In this document: positions 54,210-63,523 of the stretch, piece after piece
Layout: each line of letters begins with the position of its first letter
Position numbering within the stretch: the stretch's first letter is position 1
From: Pirellulales bacterium
GTDB taxonomy: Bacteria; Planctomycetota; Planctomycetia; Pirellulales; PALSA-1355
Reading direction: 5' to 3'
DNA: 64,000 nucleotides
Assembly: GCA_963733035.1 (NCBI GenBank)
Contig: CAVTBU010000007.1
Span: forward strand, 320,001 to 384,000
Notes under the pieces: generated by a model
Seen by the model: the letters and a program-made list of their open reading frames with translations, nothing else
The model's database searches: none
What the model was told of the DNA's origin: nothing
Translations under genes and position numbers: made by a program

Positions 54210-54507
54210 TTACGCGGTTACCGTGCGACGTTCCAATAACTTCTTCAGATAGAAGCTTGCCCGCTTTTGCGGAGCATTCTTCTGTGGTCGCCCCTTGTGA
54301 CTATAGAGGCGAACCTCCACCGGATCGCTGTCAGAATCGTCTACGATCCGTCGCTCGATTCGGTACCACGAGAAAGGGGCAGTCCACCCTCGCTTTACGG
54401 CTGCCTCGGCCGCGCGCAGCGAAGACGTCAATTGTCTCGTCCACAATCCCACTGGTCGTCATTTCACAGATGATCACGACCCAAATTGAATTCAATCGCG
54501 TAGCCAT
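54210..54507 (-). CDS. Small hypothetical protein split by a frameshift near 54425
   Basis: MATRLNSIWVVIICE...IVDETID joins SSLRAAEAAVKRGW...LYSHKG in the adjacent frame. Confidence 0.45.
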
Positions 54508-55084
54508 GAGCACAATTTAGCGGGAGAGGAAGATGATGACGAACGCCCTACCCTTATCCAAGTTGAGCAGCACGTGGTGTGCGAACTAAATGGCCAGGCG
54601 GTCGAGGATGCCGGTTCGTCCGCCCCCGACCCCGCCAGATACCACAGCCGCGTCCAGCCGAGCGCACGGGATATGCGTGATCGATCTCATAAGCTGACCA
54701 GAGATTCTCGGTCAAAGCCCCGGGCGATTCCCCCCCACGTGACCGGTGTCCCTCGGCGGCCGGCACAACCGTCAGCGCATGCGCGCGGCAGGGGGGCCGG
54801 ATGAACTTCGACGCTCTAATGCCTTCCCAAATCGAACCCAAAATGCATGTCGCATGCGAGCTCATTTTCACGCGCGCACCCGACGTCGCGAAGCAGGCAG
54901 GGGAGGGTCAAATTCCGGCGCTTTCGAGTGCCCGATTCACGCCACGATTTTGCGCCGTCGTCGACCGTCGCGAGATGACTCACCAACAACACGAAACCAC
55001 TGCGACCACCGGCAGGGCAACGTAAGACGCGGCGAATTGCAGCTGCGTGGAAACCCTTTAAAATGTGGCACTTCCGAGGCCAAA

Positions 55085-55112
55085 ACCGAACATAAGAAAC
55101 ATTATCGGACGT
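55085..55112 (-). other. dif-like XerC/XerD recombination site
   Basis: ACGTCCGATAA-TGTTTC-TTATGTTCGGT; 11-6-11 layout with ATAA-N6-TTATGTT core. Confidence 0.55.
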
Positions 55113-55310
55113 TGGGAGCAGGCAGCAAGACGGGCTTCCCTGTGGCCTGGTAAACGTTCGAAACCGTTCGCGTCGATGTTTGATTCGCGATCAGAAACGA
55201 TCGCGTCTGGAGCCCGATTTCGAGGCGATTTCCCGCGAGGACCCGCAAATGGCCGCGGGCACGGTACCGCGAAACTTGCTCTGCCAGCAGGATTCCGCGC
55301 GAGTCGAATC

Positions 55311-56321
55311 TCACTCGGCGGTCGGCTCGAAAGCTTCCTGCTCAGAATCGTCGGCCAGCTGGCCTTCCAGGAACACGCCCATCTGGCGGAACTTGTCGTA
55401 CCGCTTTTCGACCAGCGCGTCGGGCTTTTGGCCAACCAGTTCCTTGAGGCAGCGAACAAGGTACATCTTCATCCGGGCTGCCATCTGGTGATGGTCGCGA
55501 TGGGCGCCTCCCAGCGGCTCCTCGATCACGTCGTCGACCACCCCCAACTCGAGCAGATGCTTGCTGGTCATCTTCAGGGCCGCGGCCGCCTGCTCGGCGT
55601 AGGTGTGGCTCTTCCAGAGAATGCCGGCGCAGCCCTCGGGGCTGATCACCGAGTAGTAGGCGTGCTCGAGCATGGCCACCTTGTCGCCGACGCCGATGCC
55701 CAGCGCACCGCCCGATCCGCCCTCGCCAATCACGATGCAGATGACCGGCGTCGGCAGCCGCGACATCTCAAACAGGTTTTGGGCGATCACCTGGGCCTGG
55801 CCTCGCTCCTCGGCGCCGATACCCGGATAGGCTCCCGGTGTGTCGATGAAGCAGATGACCGGCAATTGGTACTTCGCGGCCAGCTTCATTTTGGCCAGCG
55901 CTTTGCGATAGCCCTCGGGATGGGCGCAGCCGTGGTAACAGGCGATGCGCTCCTTGGTGGTCCGGCCTTTCTGATGGCCGACGACCATTACCTTATAACC
56001 TTCGAGCTTGGCGAAGCCGGTCCGCATGGCCCGATCGTCGCCGAAGAACTTGTCGCCGTGCAATTCGACGAACTCGTCGAACACCAGGTTCAAGTAGTCG
56101 ACCGTCATGGGCCGATCGGAGTGCCGCGCCACCTGCACCGTTTCCCAGGGCGCGAGGTTCGCGTACACGCGCTTCTTGGTGTCGGCCAGATCGCGCTTCA
56201 AGCGCCTGACGTCTTCGTGCGCGGCCAGGTCATCGGCCGGGGCATCTTCAAGTTGCTGCAGCTGCGATTCCAGTTCGTAGATCGGCTGCTCAAACGCCAG
56301 GCGATGGTTGGCTGTGGCCAT
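55311..56321 (-). CDS. accA: Acetyl-CoA carboxylase carboxyltransferase alpha subunit
   Basis: ELHGD, GHQKG, PEGYRKA, DTPGAYPG, GEGGSGGAL, YSVISPEGC. Confidence 0.96.
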   Translation of the reverse strand: MATANHRLAFEQPIYELESQLQQLEDAPADDLAAHEDVRRLKRDLADTKKRVYANLAPWETVQVARHSDRPMTVDYLNLVFDEFVELHGDKFFGDDRAMRTGFAKLEGYKVMVVGHQKGRTTKERIACYHGCAHPEGYRKALAKMKLAAKYQLPVICFIDTPGAYPGIGAEERGQAQVIAQNLFEMSRLPTPVICIVIGEGGSGGALGIGVGDKVAMLEHAYYSVISPEGCAGILWKSHTYAEQAAAALKMTSKHLLELGVVDDVIEEPLGGAHRDHHQMAARMKMYLVRCLKELVGQKPDALVEKRYDKFRQMGVFLEGQLADDSEQEAFEPTAE

Positions 56322-56470
56322 ATCTGTTGATCCCCGTCTGAAACGTGATTGCTTGGCCGGCGGTCGTTTCTTCCCGGTCAATCGGGAGGCACGCTAGCAT
56401 TGCCAGCATGTCAACACGGCGCTTCGCTCCACTTGGCTTCTTATCTTACATCGACGCCGCGACCGCTTCA

Positions 56471-57334
56471 TCATTTGCCCGCGGCCGGCTTCTGCACGGC
56501 TGGCGGGATCTTGAAAATCGGCCGCATCTGCATTTCGGTCAGAAAATCGCCCATCGTCTGCGGGCGATCTTCGGGCTTTTTCGCCAGCGATGCCTTCAAT
56601 AGCGCCCCAAAATCCTCGGTTATGTTGCGATTGCCTGCTTGCACCGGCGGAATCGGCGCCCGCAGGTGCTTGGTGAGCAGGTCGTTCGTGCTAACGCCCG
56701 TGTAAGGTGGTTTGCCAGTGAGTAACTCGTAGACGGTGCAGGCGAAGCTGTAAATGTCGGCCCGCTCATCGACGGGTTGGCCCCGAATCTGTTCCGGCGA
56801 CATGTAGCTTCGCGTGCCTTGGATTTTCGACTTGCCGGAAAACAGCCTCGCCAGTCCCCCCTTGCGTTTGGTGGCCAGGGCGAAGTCGATCAGCTTCACG
56901 TTGCCCGCATCGTCCATGAGAAAATTGTCGGGCTTAATATCGCGATGAACCCAGCCCGTCGAATGAAAATAAGCCAGGCCTTCGGCCGCCTGGCGAATGC
57001 ACTCGTTTGCCAGCGGTGCTAGTGCGTCGACTCCTTGCACGATTCGCTGCTTCAGATTCGGTGACTGAAACAGCTCCATCACCAGGTAGACGTTCTGTTT
57101 GTCGCGCCCAAAGTTGTAAACATGAATGACTTGCGGATGATCAAATCCGCGTCCGACCTCATATTCATGCTTCAGGAAGGCCACCTCTTCCTTATTTCGG
57201 GCGGCATCGCCAGCGAGCAGCTTCATGGCCAGCCGCTCGCCCGTGGAGTCGTTGGCCACGTCGAAAACTTCGCAGCTTTTGCCAGCGCGAATCAGATTGA
57301 TGAGCCGGTAGGAACCGACAAACTCTTGTGCCAC
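56471..57334 (-). CDS. Hanks-type Ser/Thr protein kinase (catalytic domain only)
   Basis: AMK, HRDIKPDN, DFAL, GTRSYMSPE, DIYSF. Confidence 0.9.
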   Translation of the reverse strand: MAQEFVGSYRLINLIRAGKSCEVFDVANDSTGERLAMKLLAGDAARNKEEVAFLKHEYEVGRGFDHPQVIHVYNFGRDKQNVYLVMELFQSPNLKQRIVQGVDALAPLANECIRQAAEGLAYFHSTGWVHRDIKPDNFLMDDAGNVKLIDFALATKRKGGLARLFSGKSKIQGTRSYMSPEQIRGQPVDERADIYSFACTVYELLTGKPPYTGVSTNDLLTKHLRAPIPPVQAGNRNITEDFGALLKASLAKKPEDRPQTMGDFLTEMQMRPIFKIPPAVQKPAAGK

Positions 57335-57664
57335 GGACCCGAAATCCCGAACCAACGGCGTACGCAGGGAGCACCCGCTGCACCCTCTCTATTCGCTACC
57401 ATCATATTCTATGACGCATCCTGCGCTGAAGCCCTGTCCGGGGCAGCCCGGCTTCAGAGTTCTCCAGTTCTTCGCTGGCTGCGAATGTATGGCGCAAAAC
57501 CGCCCAAATCCCCCCTGCTCCGTGGCGGTTGCGTTTTATGCCGATTATGCCGCCTATGCCCGGCAAAGCCGTCAAACCGCATGCAGCAAGCTGCTGGCAG
57601 CCGAAACTAGCTTGAGGAGCCCCCTGCTCCGACGAGCACCTTAGGACGTCCGCGGACCGCCGGC

Positions 57665-57853
57665 ATGAGCACACCCGAAAAACCCACCTCCGCAGGCCAG
57701 CCCCCTGCCCCGCCCGGCTTCCAGGTCTGGCCGCTGCACGTCGCCATCGCCAAAGCCTGGCAACAGCAAGTCTCCCGCCAGGCATTCCAACAAGCCCTCG
57801 CCGCCCAACACCTGCCAGACTATTACAGGCGCGTGTTTTCGAGTTGGAGCTAG
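57665..57853 (+). CDS. Small hypothetical protein (62 aa)
   Basis: Plausible codon usage, Gln/Ala helix, divergent from the kinase. Confidence 0.45.
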   Translation: MSTPEKPTSAGQPPAPPGFQVWPLHVAIAKAWQQQVSRQAFQQALAAQHLPDYYRRVFSSWS

Positions 57854-58013
57854 GCACGATCTTTTGCACACCAGCCATTTCCTCGATCGCCCCGCTAACC
57901 GGGTTGAGGTTGGGTGGCTCTGCCAAACTGAACGCGGCAAGCCACACCGCGATCATAAACAGCACCGTGGCAACGCCACTTCTCTTGCCGTTCATGATGA
58001 GTTCCCCTCCCCT

Positions 58014-58225
58014 TCAGTTATTCTGCGGCGGAGCGTCAGGCGTGCCGAGTGCCGACTTCACCGCTTCGGTCAACTCGCGTCCGCGGAGATCCTTGCCGAT
58101 GACTTTGCCGTCGGGGGCGATTAGGAATGTGGCGGGGATGGCGCGTACACCGTAGTCTTGGCCCACGGCGGCTTGGATTCCGTTGCGGGCCCAAAGTTGT
58201 TTCCAGGTGTAGCCCTCGGCAGTGA
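58014..58225 (-). pseudogene. C-terminal remnant of a TlpA/thioredoxin-like gene
   Basis: WKQLW...YGVRAIPATFLIAPDGKVIGKDLRG; no CxxC or N-terminus upstream in frame. Confidence 0.6.
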
Positions 58226-58352
58226 CGTCGGCCTGCTGGTCGTGGGCCTGCTGGGCTGGCCGGCGAAAGTCGCGGACCGCGACCGCATGATTTCGAGTTG
58301 ATACCGCGGTTTGGCGCGCCTCACGCGTCTGCTGCGGACATGGAATGCCCTT

Positions 58353-58961
58353 ATGAGCGAGGACACCCGCGATTTGACGAGGGGCGCATTGCCTGGCCGG
58401 CGTGCCCTGCCGATTTGGCGGCAAGTACTTCAAACGACGGCAGGCGTCGCCGTTTGGCTTGCCCTGGGTTTCTCTTGGCTATTTGTCCTCTCGCTCTGGA
58501 ATCGCATCACGATCCTTCGCGACAAAGACAATTATCGATCGGAAGCTTTCATCGTCCGCGACGCCGTTTACTTGCCGAACGACGGCGACGAACTGGCTGA
58601 TTCCTATTGGCTCCTAGGCATGGTCGCAAATCGACAGGAGCGGCTGGTTCCAAAACGACGAGGATTGCCACCACCAACCAGCGCCGCCGAACTACTGCAG
58701 CGATACCCGAAAGGAACCGTCGTACCGGTGTACTACAATCCCCGCGCAACGACCACAATCGTCCAAGGTGAAACCCTGCGCGTGATCGAGGCCCACGGCG
58801 ACTTTTGGAACCAAGAAGCCAAACTCCTCCGCAAATTGGCAAGGCTCGTTTTGATTCCGTTCCCCGCCGCGATCGCAGTTTACGTCACGATTCGCTTTTT
58901 CAATCGTCGTCACTTAACGATCGGCCACGTCCAAGGTGAGTCAACCACCGCGGCACGCTGA
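58353..58961 (+). CDS. Two-TM membrane protein (DUF3592-like)
   Basis: TM - YPKGTVVPVYYNP - TM layout. Confidence 0.6.
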   Translation: MSEDTRDLTRGALPGRRALPIWRQVLQTTAGVAVWLALGFSWLFVLSLWNRITILRDKDNYRSEAFIVRDAVYLPNDGDELADSYWLLGMVANRQERLVPKRRGLPPPTSAAELLQRYPKGTVVPVYYNPRATTTIVQGETLRVIEAHGDFWNQEAKLLRKLARLVLIPFPAAIAVYVTIRFFNRRHLTIGHVQGESTTAAR

Positions 58962-58967
58962 CGCGTT

Positions 58968-59915
58968 TTACTGGCCCTTGAGGTTGACGGCGAACATTTC
59001 GTTGATGATCCCGTCGGGGTCGGCGACAAACATGATTTCGACGGGCATGCTTCCCACGGCGGTCGGCGGCAGATCGATCTTTGCGCCGCGCGACTCGACG
59101 AACGCTTGTGCAGTTTGCGCGTCCTTGACGTGATACTGAAGATAGCGGTAACCGTACGCGTCCAGGTGACGGCCGGCTCGGTTGGGCAAGTCCTTTCCGA
59201 ACGACCAGAACTTGACGAGCGTCGGCCCAATCTGGAACAAGTAAACCTGGCGCGTAGGATCTCCGGGCATCGGCAAACTCGGCAGCTCGCGCATGCCAAG
59301 CACCTCGCCGTAAAACTGTCGCGACGCTTCCACGTCGGCAACCGTCAGCGCAATTTGCAGGCTCTCCTGCCAATTCTCGGGCCCCTGACCTTCGTGGAAG
59401 AAAAATTCCACCTGATTGCCGTCGGGATCTTCGAGCATGCCGAAGCGGTAGGTGGATCCCGGCAGGGAATTGATCTTTGGCTCCGGGTAACCGCCCGCCT
59501 GCAGCCGTTGTTTGAAGGCCGCCACATCACTAATCGGATAGTTCACCATCCTCAACCCGATCCCTCGTGCTATTCCACCAGGGAATGACCTGGTTGACTC
59601 GACGCCCGGAATGAGCTTGATCTCATGCGTACCGACCCGGAATCGCTCCATGGTGACCGCATGCGGAAAGAAGACGGGTGCCGTCTTCTCGCTGAACCGA
59701 ACCTGCGGCAACGGTTTGAGCCCCAGGACGTCGCCGTAAAACCGCTTCGCCGCCGCCATGTCCTTGACCGTGATCACGACGTTGAGCGACGGCTTGGCCA
59801 AATAATCGCCAATCGATTCGTCGGCCCGGCTCACGCTCGTCAGCACGGTCGCTTCCAACAAACCGAAAAGCAGCGTGCCACTGACCAGCAGACCGAATCG
59901 CATCGCGTAAGTCAC
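58968..59915 (-). CDS. Secreted two-domain VOC/glyoxalase protein
   Basis: FYGDVLGL...DPDGNQVE repeated as FYGEVLGM...DPDGIINE. Confidence 0.85.
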   Translation of the reverse strand: MTYAMRFGLLVSGTLLFGLLEATVLTSVSRADESIGDYLAKPSLNVVITVKDMAAAKRFYGDVLGLKPLPQVRFSEKTAPVFFPHAVTMERFRVGTHEIKLIPGVESTRSFPGGIARGIGLRMVNYPISDVAAFKQRLQAGGYPEPKINSLPGSTYRFGMLEDPDGNQVEFFFHEGQGPENWQESLQIALTVADVEASRQFYGEVLGMRELPSLPMPGDPTRQVYLFQIGPTLVKFWSFGKDLPNRAGRHLDAYGYRYLQYHVKDAQTAQAFVESRGAKIDLPPTAVGSMPVEIMFVADPDGIINEMFAVNLKGQ

Positions 59916-60060
59916 GCTTAGACCCTCCGATTGCTTGTGTGTTGGCGTTCTACCAATTGGACTTGCATATGGATTGTACCCCCAGGAGTGATTAAAGAGT
60001 GATTAAAGGGGGACGCAAGGGGACGCGAACCTTCTCTGGGTGCCTAAAACGTTTGCGTCC

Positions 60061-60786
60061 GGACATCACTGATTTCTGGTTCTTGGGCGACCGGGGCCGC
60101 GCAGGGTGAAACTCAGGCCTAACCGCTCGGCCGTCTCGTGTACCCAGGCGTGATCGCCAAGCGGTCGCCCACGCTGCACGCATTCCCGCAACTGCTGGAG
60201 GACGTCGGGCTGGAAGCTCTGGTTCACGCGCGCCAGCCAATTCGGCGAGCGGCGAACCGGCCATTTAGCCAACGGCGGCACGCCGCTCGGATGAGTACGC
60301 CGCCACAGTCCGCTCCATTGCCATTTCTCGGCCCGGTCGACCAATTTCGCGCGGCGTGGGTTGGCCTCCACATACCGGCACAAGGCCAGGAAGTGCTCGC
60401 CGCTCGAAACGGGGAAGCTTTTGAAGCGCCCCTGGTAAAGGTGCCCGCCGCCCCGACGATGGTAATGCTCGTGATGACGGCGGACGTGCGTCACGCCGAC
60501 CCAACCCAGCCAACGTCCCAAAGCCTCGTTCGTCATTGGCCGCACGACGAGGTGCCAGTGATTCGGCATCACGCAGTAGGTCAGCAGGTCGACCGGATAG
60601 CGGTCCAATCCTTCGGCCAACACGCGTTCGAAGGCCAGATAATCTTCCGGCTTGTGAAACAGCCGCATCCGTCCGTTCCCGCGATTGAGAACGTGATAGA
60701 TCAACCCCGCCTCGATGGCCCGAGCAGTCCGTGGCATCCCAACAAGCTACCCCCGGCAGGTCGCGACCTCAATATCAGTGATGTCC
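60061..60786. mobile_element. RAYT cassette bounded by 13-bp perfect inverted repeats GGACATCACTGAT
   Basis: 60061-60073 is the reverse complement of 60774-60786. Confidence 0.65.
60066..60737 (-). CDS. REP-associated tyrosine transposase (RAYT, Y1/HUH)
   Basis: YHVLNRGN, YCVMPNHWHL (HUH), LYQGRFKS, YVEANP, W.WS. Confidence 0.9.
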   Translation of the reverse strand: MPRTARAIEAGLIYHVLNRGNGRMRLFHKPEDYLAFERVLAEGLDRYPVDLLTYCVMPNHWHLVVRPMTNEALGRWLGWVGVTHVRRHHEHYHRRGGGHLYQGRFKSFPVSSGEHFLALCRYVEANPRRAKLVDRAEKWQWSGLWRRTHPSGVPPLAKWPVRRSPNWLARVNQSFQPDVLQQLRECVQRGRPLGDHAWVHETAERLGLSFTLRGPGRPRTRNQ

Positions 60787-61729
60787 GGCTCTGTCGAAAA
60801 CCTCTCTTCGTCTGAGGAGCATTATATTGTGTACCAGCGCCTTGAGCATCAACGCGCGGCACTGGCTCCAGTAGGAGTGGGCGTTGACCGACGGGTCGAG
60901 GCGGCGTTTTACCTGGCTGAACACGGTTTCGACCTGGGCACGCTGACGATAGGGCCGGCGTTTTCGCTTGCGCTTGAAGATGCGAGCCATGCGACGACGG
61001 TAATATTGTCGCGGCAGCTTTTTGGTGGGGCGACCGTGCTTGGGCGGGATCAGCGTGCGGGTGTCGAACACGATCCGCGCCGCCTGGTGAATCCACTCCG
61101 CGTCGTAGCCGGCGTCGGCCAGCAGCGTCTTCATCCGCACGCGTCCGCGGGCCTGATCCATCGCTTTCGACCAATGATCAAAGTCGGGGCTCGGCCCCCG
61201 GTGCGGCACCGCTGCCAGGATGAAATGCGAGGAGCAATCACAGACCACGCCCAGCTTGGGAAAGCGGCGGTAGCTGATTGTCCGCCAAACGCCCGCGTTT
61301 TTGCCGGTCGCGGCCCGGCGGCGCACGAAGTAGTTGCTGGCCCGATGGGCCTCGAAGCCGCTGGAGTCGATGGCCGCCAACACGACGGGAGAACTGAGCA
61401 GCGGCGTCTTGCGGGCCCAGTGCACGGTCTCGTCCAACAGACGATTGCAGATCGGCAGCTTCAGCAGTCGCCGACACGCCTTGTGCAGCGTGGTGAAGTC
61501 GGGCGCCGCGCAGCTCGACGATCGACCGCAACGACGGGTCTTCGGCCAGCAAGGCCTCGACTCCACGATAATCAAGCCGAAAGAACTCCTTCAGCACCAG
61601 GCAGGCGAACAACTGATGCTGGGTGAACTTCTTCGGGCTGCACGGATGACTATAGGCCGGCAGCACCCGCTGCGCGATGCGATACGCGGTGCGCAACACT
61701 CGACTGGGAGACTTGCTCGTACGTGCCAC
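60775..61729 (-). CDS. IS5-family DDE transposase (frameshift near 61505)
   Basis: PDFTTL, AIDSSG, LADAGYD, YRQRAQVETVFS. Confidence 0.85.
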
Positions 61730-61793
61730 ATCTATCGCTACGCACGCCGTCGCGATAGCGGACTAAGCTAGCGGGGGAGTTTTCGACAGAGCC
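60787..61793 (-). mobile_element. IS5-family insertion sequence (IS903-like ends), 15-bp perfect TIRs, 10-bp target duplication
   Basis: GGCTCTGTCGAAAAC at 60787-60801 and its inverse at 61779-61793; duplication AGTGATGTCC. Confidence 0.85.
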
Positions 61794-61860
61794 AGTGACC
61801 TTCCCCACGATTCGTGGGCGCGCGACAGAACTGGCATAATGCCGGTGAAAGGAGCGTGTT

Positions 61861-62142
61861 ATGGGTCGTCGAGTGTATTCGCGTGAGTTCAAGGTGTCGG
61901 CGGTCAAGTTGGTGAACCAGCAGGGCTATACGGTCGTGGAGGCGGCCAAGAGCCTGGGCGTGGACGCCGCCTCGATCCGCAATTGGCTGAAGAAGTTCGG
62001 GCCGGAAGTGGGCGTCAGCGCGAGCGGTGACTCGGCTTTGCGGGCGGAACTGCGGCGGCTGCGGGAGGAGAACAAGCGGCTCCTCATGGAGCGTGAGATT
62101 TTAAAAAAAGCGACGGCCTTCTTCGCCAAGCACCAGCCCTGA
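61861..62142 (+). CDS. IS3 OrfA (HTH plus leucine zipper)
   Basis: RRVYSREFKVSAV...LMEREILKKATAFFAK. Confidence 0.9.
   Translation: MGRRVYSREFKVSAVKLVNQQGYTVVEAAKSLGVDAASIRNWLKKFGPEVGVSASGDSALRAELRRLREENKRLLMEREILKKATAFFAKHQP
62103..62110 (+). promoter_or_regulatory. Programmed -1 frameshift site A7G joining IS3 orfA and orfB
   Basis: AAAAAAAG near the orfA end; orfB lies in the -1 frame. Confidence 0.8.
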
Positions 62143-62165
62143 GATTCGCGTTCATCAAGGATCAC

Positions 62166-63146
62166 ATGCGGGAGTTTCCGGTGAACGTGATGTGCCGAGT
62201 TTTGCAGGTAACCAGGAGCGGTTACTACGCCTGGTGGAAGCGTGCGCCGAGCGTAACCGCCGAGCGGCGGGCGAAGCTGACCGACCAGATCCGCCGCGTG
62301 CACGAGCGGAGCCGCGCGGTGTACGGCTCGCCGCGCGTGCATCGCGACCTGATCGCAGAAGACGTTCGCTGCTCGAAGAACACGGTGGCCAAGCTGATGC
62401 GTGCCGCCGGTCTGCGTTCGAAAATGCATCGCCGGTTCCGCGTCCGGACGACCGAAAGCCGTCACGCCCATCCGATCGCTCCGAACCGGCTGAATCGGGC
62501 GTTTTACCAGCCGCAGCCCGATCGGGCCTGGGCGGCCGACATCACGTACGTCCGCACGGCCGAGGGCTGGTTGTACTTGGCGGTGGTGATCGACTTGTGT
62601 TCGCGGAAGATCGTGGGCTGGGCCACCAGCGATTCGCTGGCTGCGGACTTGTGCTTGCGGGCGCTGCGGTTGGCGATCGAGCAGCGGCGGCCGCAGAACG
62701 AGGTGTTGCATCACAGCGATCGGGGCGTGCAGTACGCCTGCGACGACTACCAGGGCTTGCTCACGCGGTATGGCCTGCAAGCCAGCATGAGTCGCCGTGG
62801 CAACTGCTACGACAATGCCGTCGCGGAAAGCTTCTTCGGCACGCTGAAGACGGAGCTGGTGTATCACGAACAGTACACGACTCAAGAGGTCGCTCGACAA
62901 AGCCTGTTTGAATACATCGAAGTGTTCTACAATCGTCGTCGGAGTCATTCGTCGCTGGGGCACTTGAGCCCGGTGGAGTACGAAGAAAGCCTCGCCAGCG
63001 GCGCCCCAGCCTTCCGGCGGACTCTGGCAGATACCGCTCTCCAAGCATCATCCGCCCACGAGCACCGCGACCGCGCAAGACCCGCGAAGGGTCTCGCGGG
63101 TCGCCAACCCAATACCCCAAACTCAAACCCAATGTCCAACAAATAA
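62166..63146 (+). CDS. IS3 OrfB integrase-core transposase
   Basis: WAADITY, HHSDRGVQY, DNAVAESFF..LKTE. Confidence 0.92.
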   Translation: MREFPVNVMCRVLQVTRSGYYAWWKRAPSVTAERRAKLTDQIRRVHERSRAVYGSPRVHRDLIAEDVRCSKNTVAKLMRAAGLRSKMHRRFRVRTTESRHAHPIAPNRLNRAFYQPQPDRAWAADITYVRTAEGWLYLAVVIDLCSRKIVGWATSDSLAADLCLRALRLAIEQRRPQNEVLHHSDRGVQYACDDYQGLLTRYGLQASMSRRGNCYDNAVAESFFGTLKTELVYHEQYTTQEVARQSLFEYIEVFYNRRRSHSSLGHLSPVEYEESLASGAPAFRRTLADTALQASSAHEHRDRARPAKGLAGRQPNTPNSNPMSNK

Positions 63147-63181
63147 CCCCACAGCGCGCCCACCAAACGTGGGTAGGTTCA

Positions 63182-63227
63182 CAGTGATGTCCCTTTTTCT
63201 TCTCCAGTGATGTCCCTTTTTCTTCTC
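63182..63227. repeat. Exact tandem 23-bp repeat CAGTGATGTCCCTTTTTCTTCTC x2
   Basis: 63182-63204 equals 63205-63227; contains the RAYT end motif. Confidence 0.9.
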
Positions 63228-63445
63228 CACGTGAAAACAACGGATTCTGTATCCTGGCCGACGATGTATTGACGGATGAACTCTTCAAGTACTTCGCTCG
63301 AGACTGCGCTTGCCGCTCGGTCATGGAGAAGACCTTCCTTATGGAGGTAGTAGCAATACGTACAGTCGATATTGCACCGTGAGCCGATTGGCTTCACGGC
63401 TGCGTGAAAAGCACGGAGCAGCCGGTCAGATACTTGGGGAGCCAT
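63228..63445 (-). pseudogene. 5' fragment of an anaerobic sulfatase maturase (radical SAM)
   Basis: KPIGSRCNIDCTYCYY...VVFTW, then broken where HGGEP is expected. Confidence 0.85.
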
Positions 63446-63523
63446 TGCAGCAATAAGGGCAAGAACAAGTCATTCTAACCGTGCCGCGTCCATTGCTAAA
63501 GTCCATCATTGTGAATGCGCGAC

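Larger units (their letters stand above)
61796..63181 (+). mobile_element. IS3-family insertion sequence with TG...CA ends and 3-bp target duplication CAG
   Basis: 27-bp IRs match 22/27; CAG at 61793-61795 and 63182-63184. Confidence 0.92.

Noticed and set aside
54540..55080. ncRNA or tRNA in the cvpA-accA gap
   Set aside because: No cloverleaf, tmRNA, RNase P or riboswitch signature recognised; the short ORFs there lack coding features
55065..56330. 421-aa plus-strand ORF
   Set aside because: Antisense shadow of accA
63182..63227. Possible mini-CRISPR (23-bp repeats)
   Set aside because: Only two directly adjacent copies, no spacer and no cas genes; explained as a duplicated RAYT end repeat
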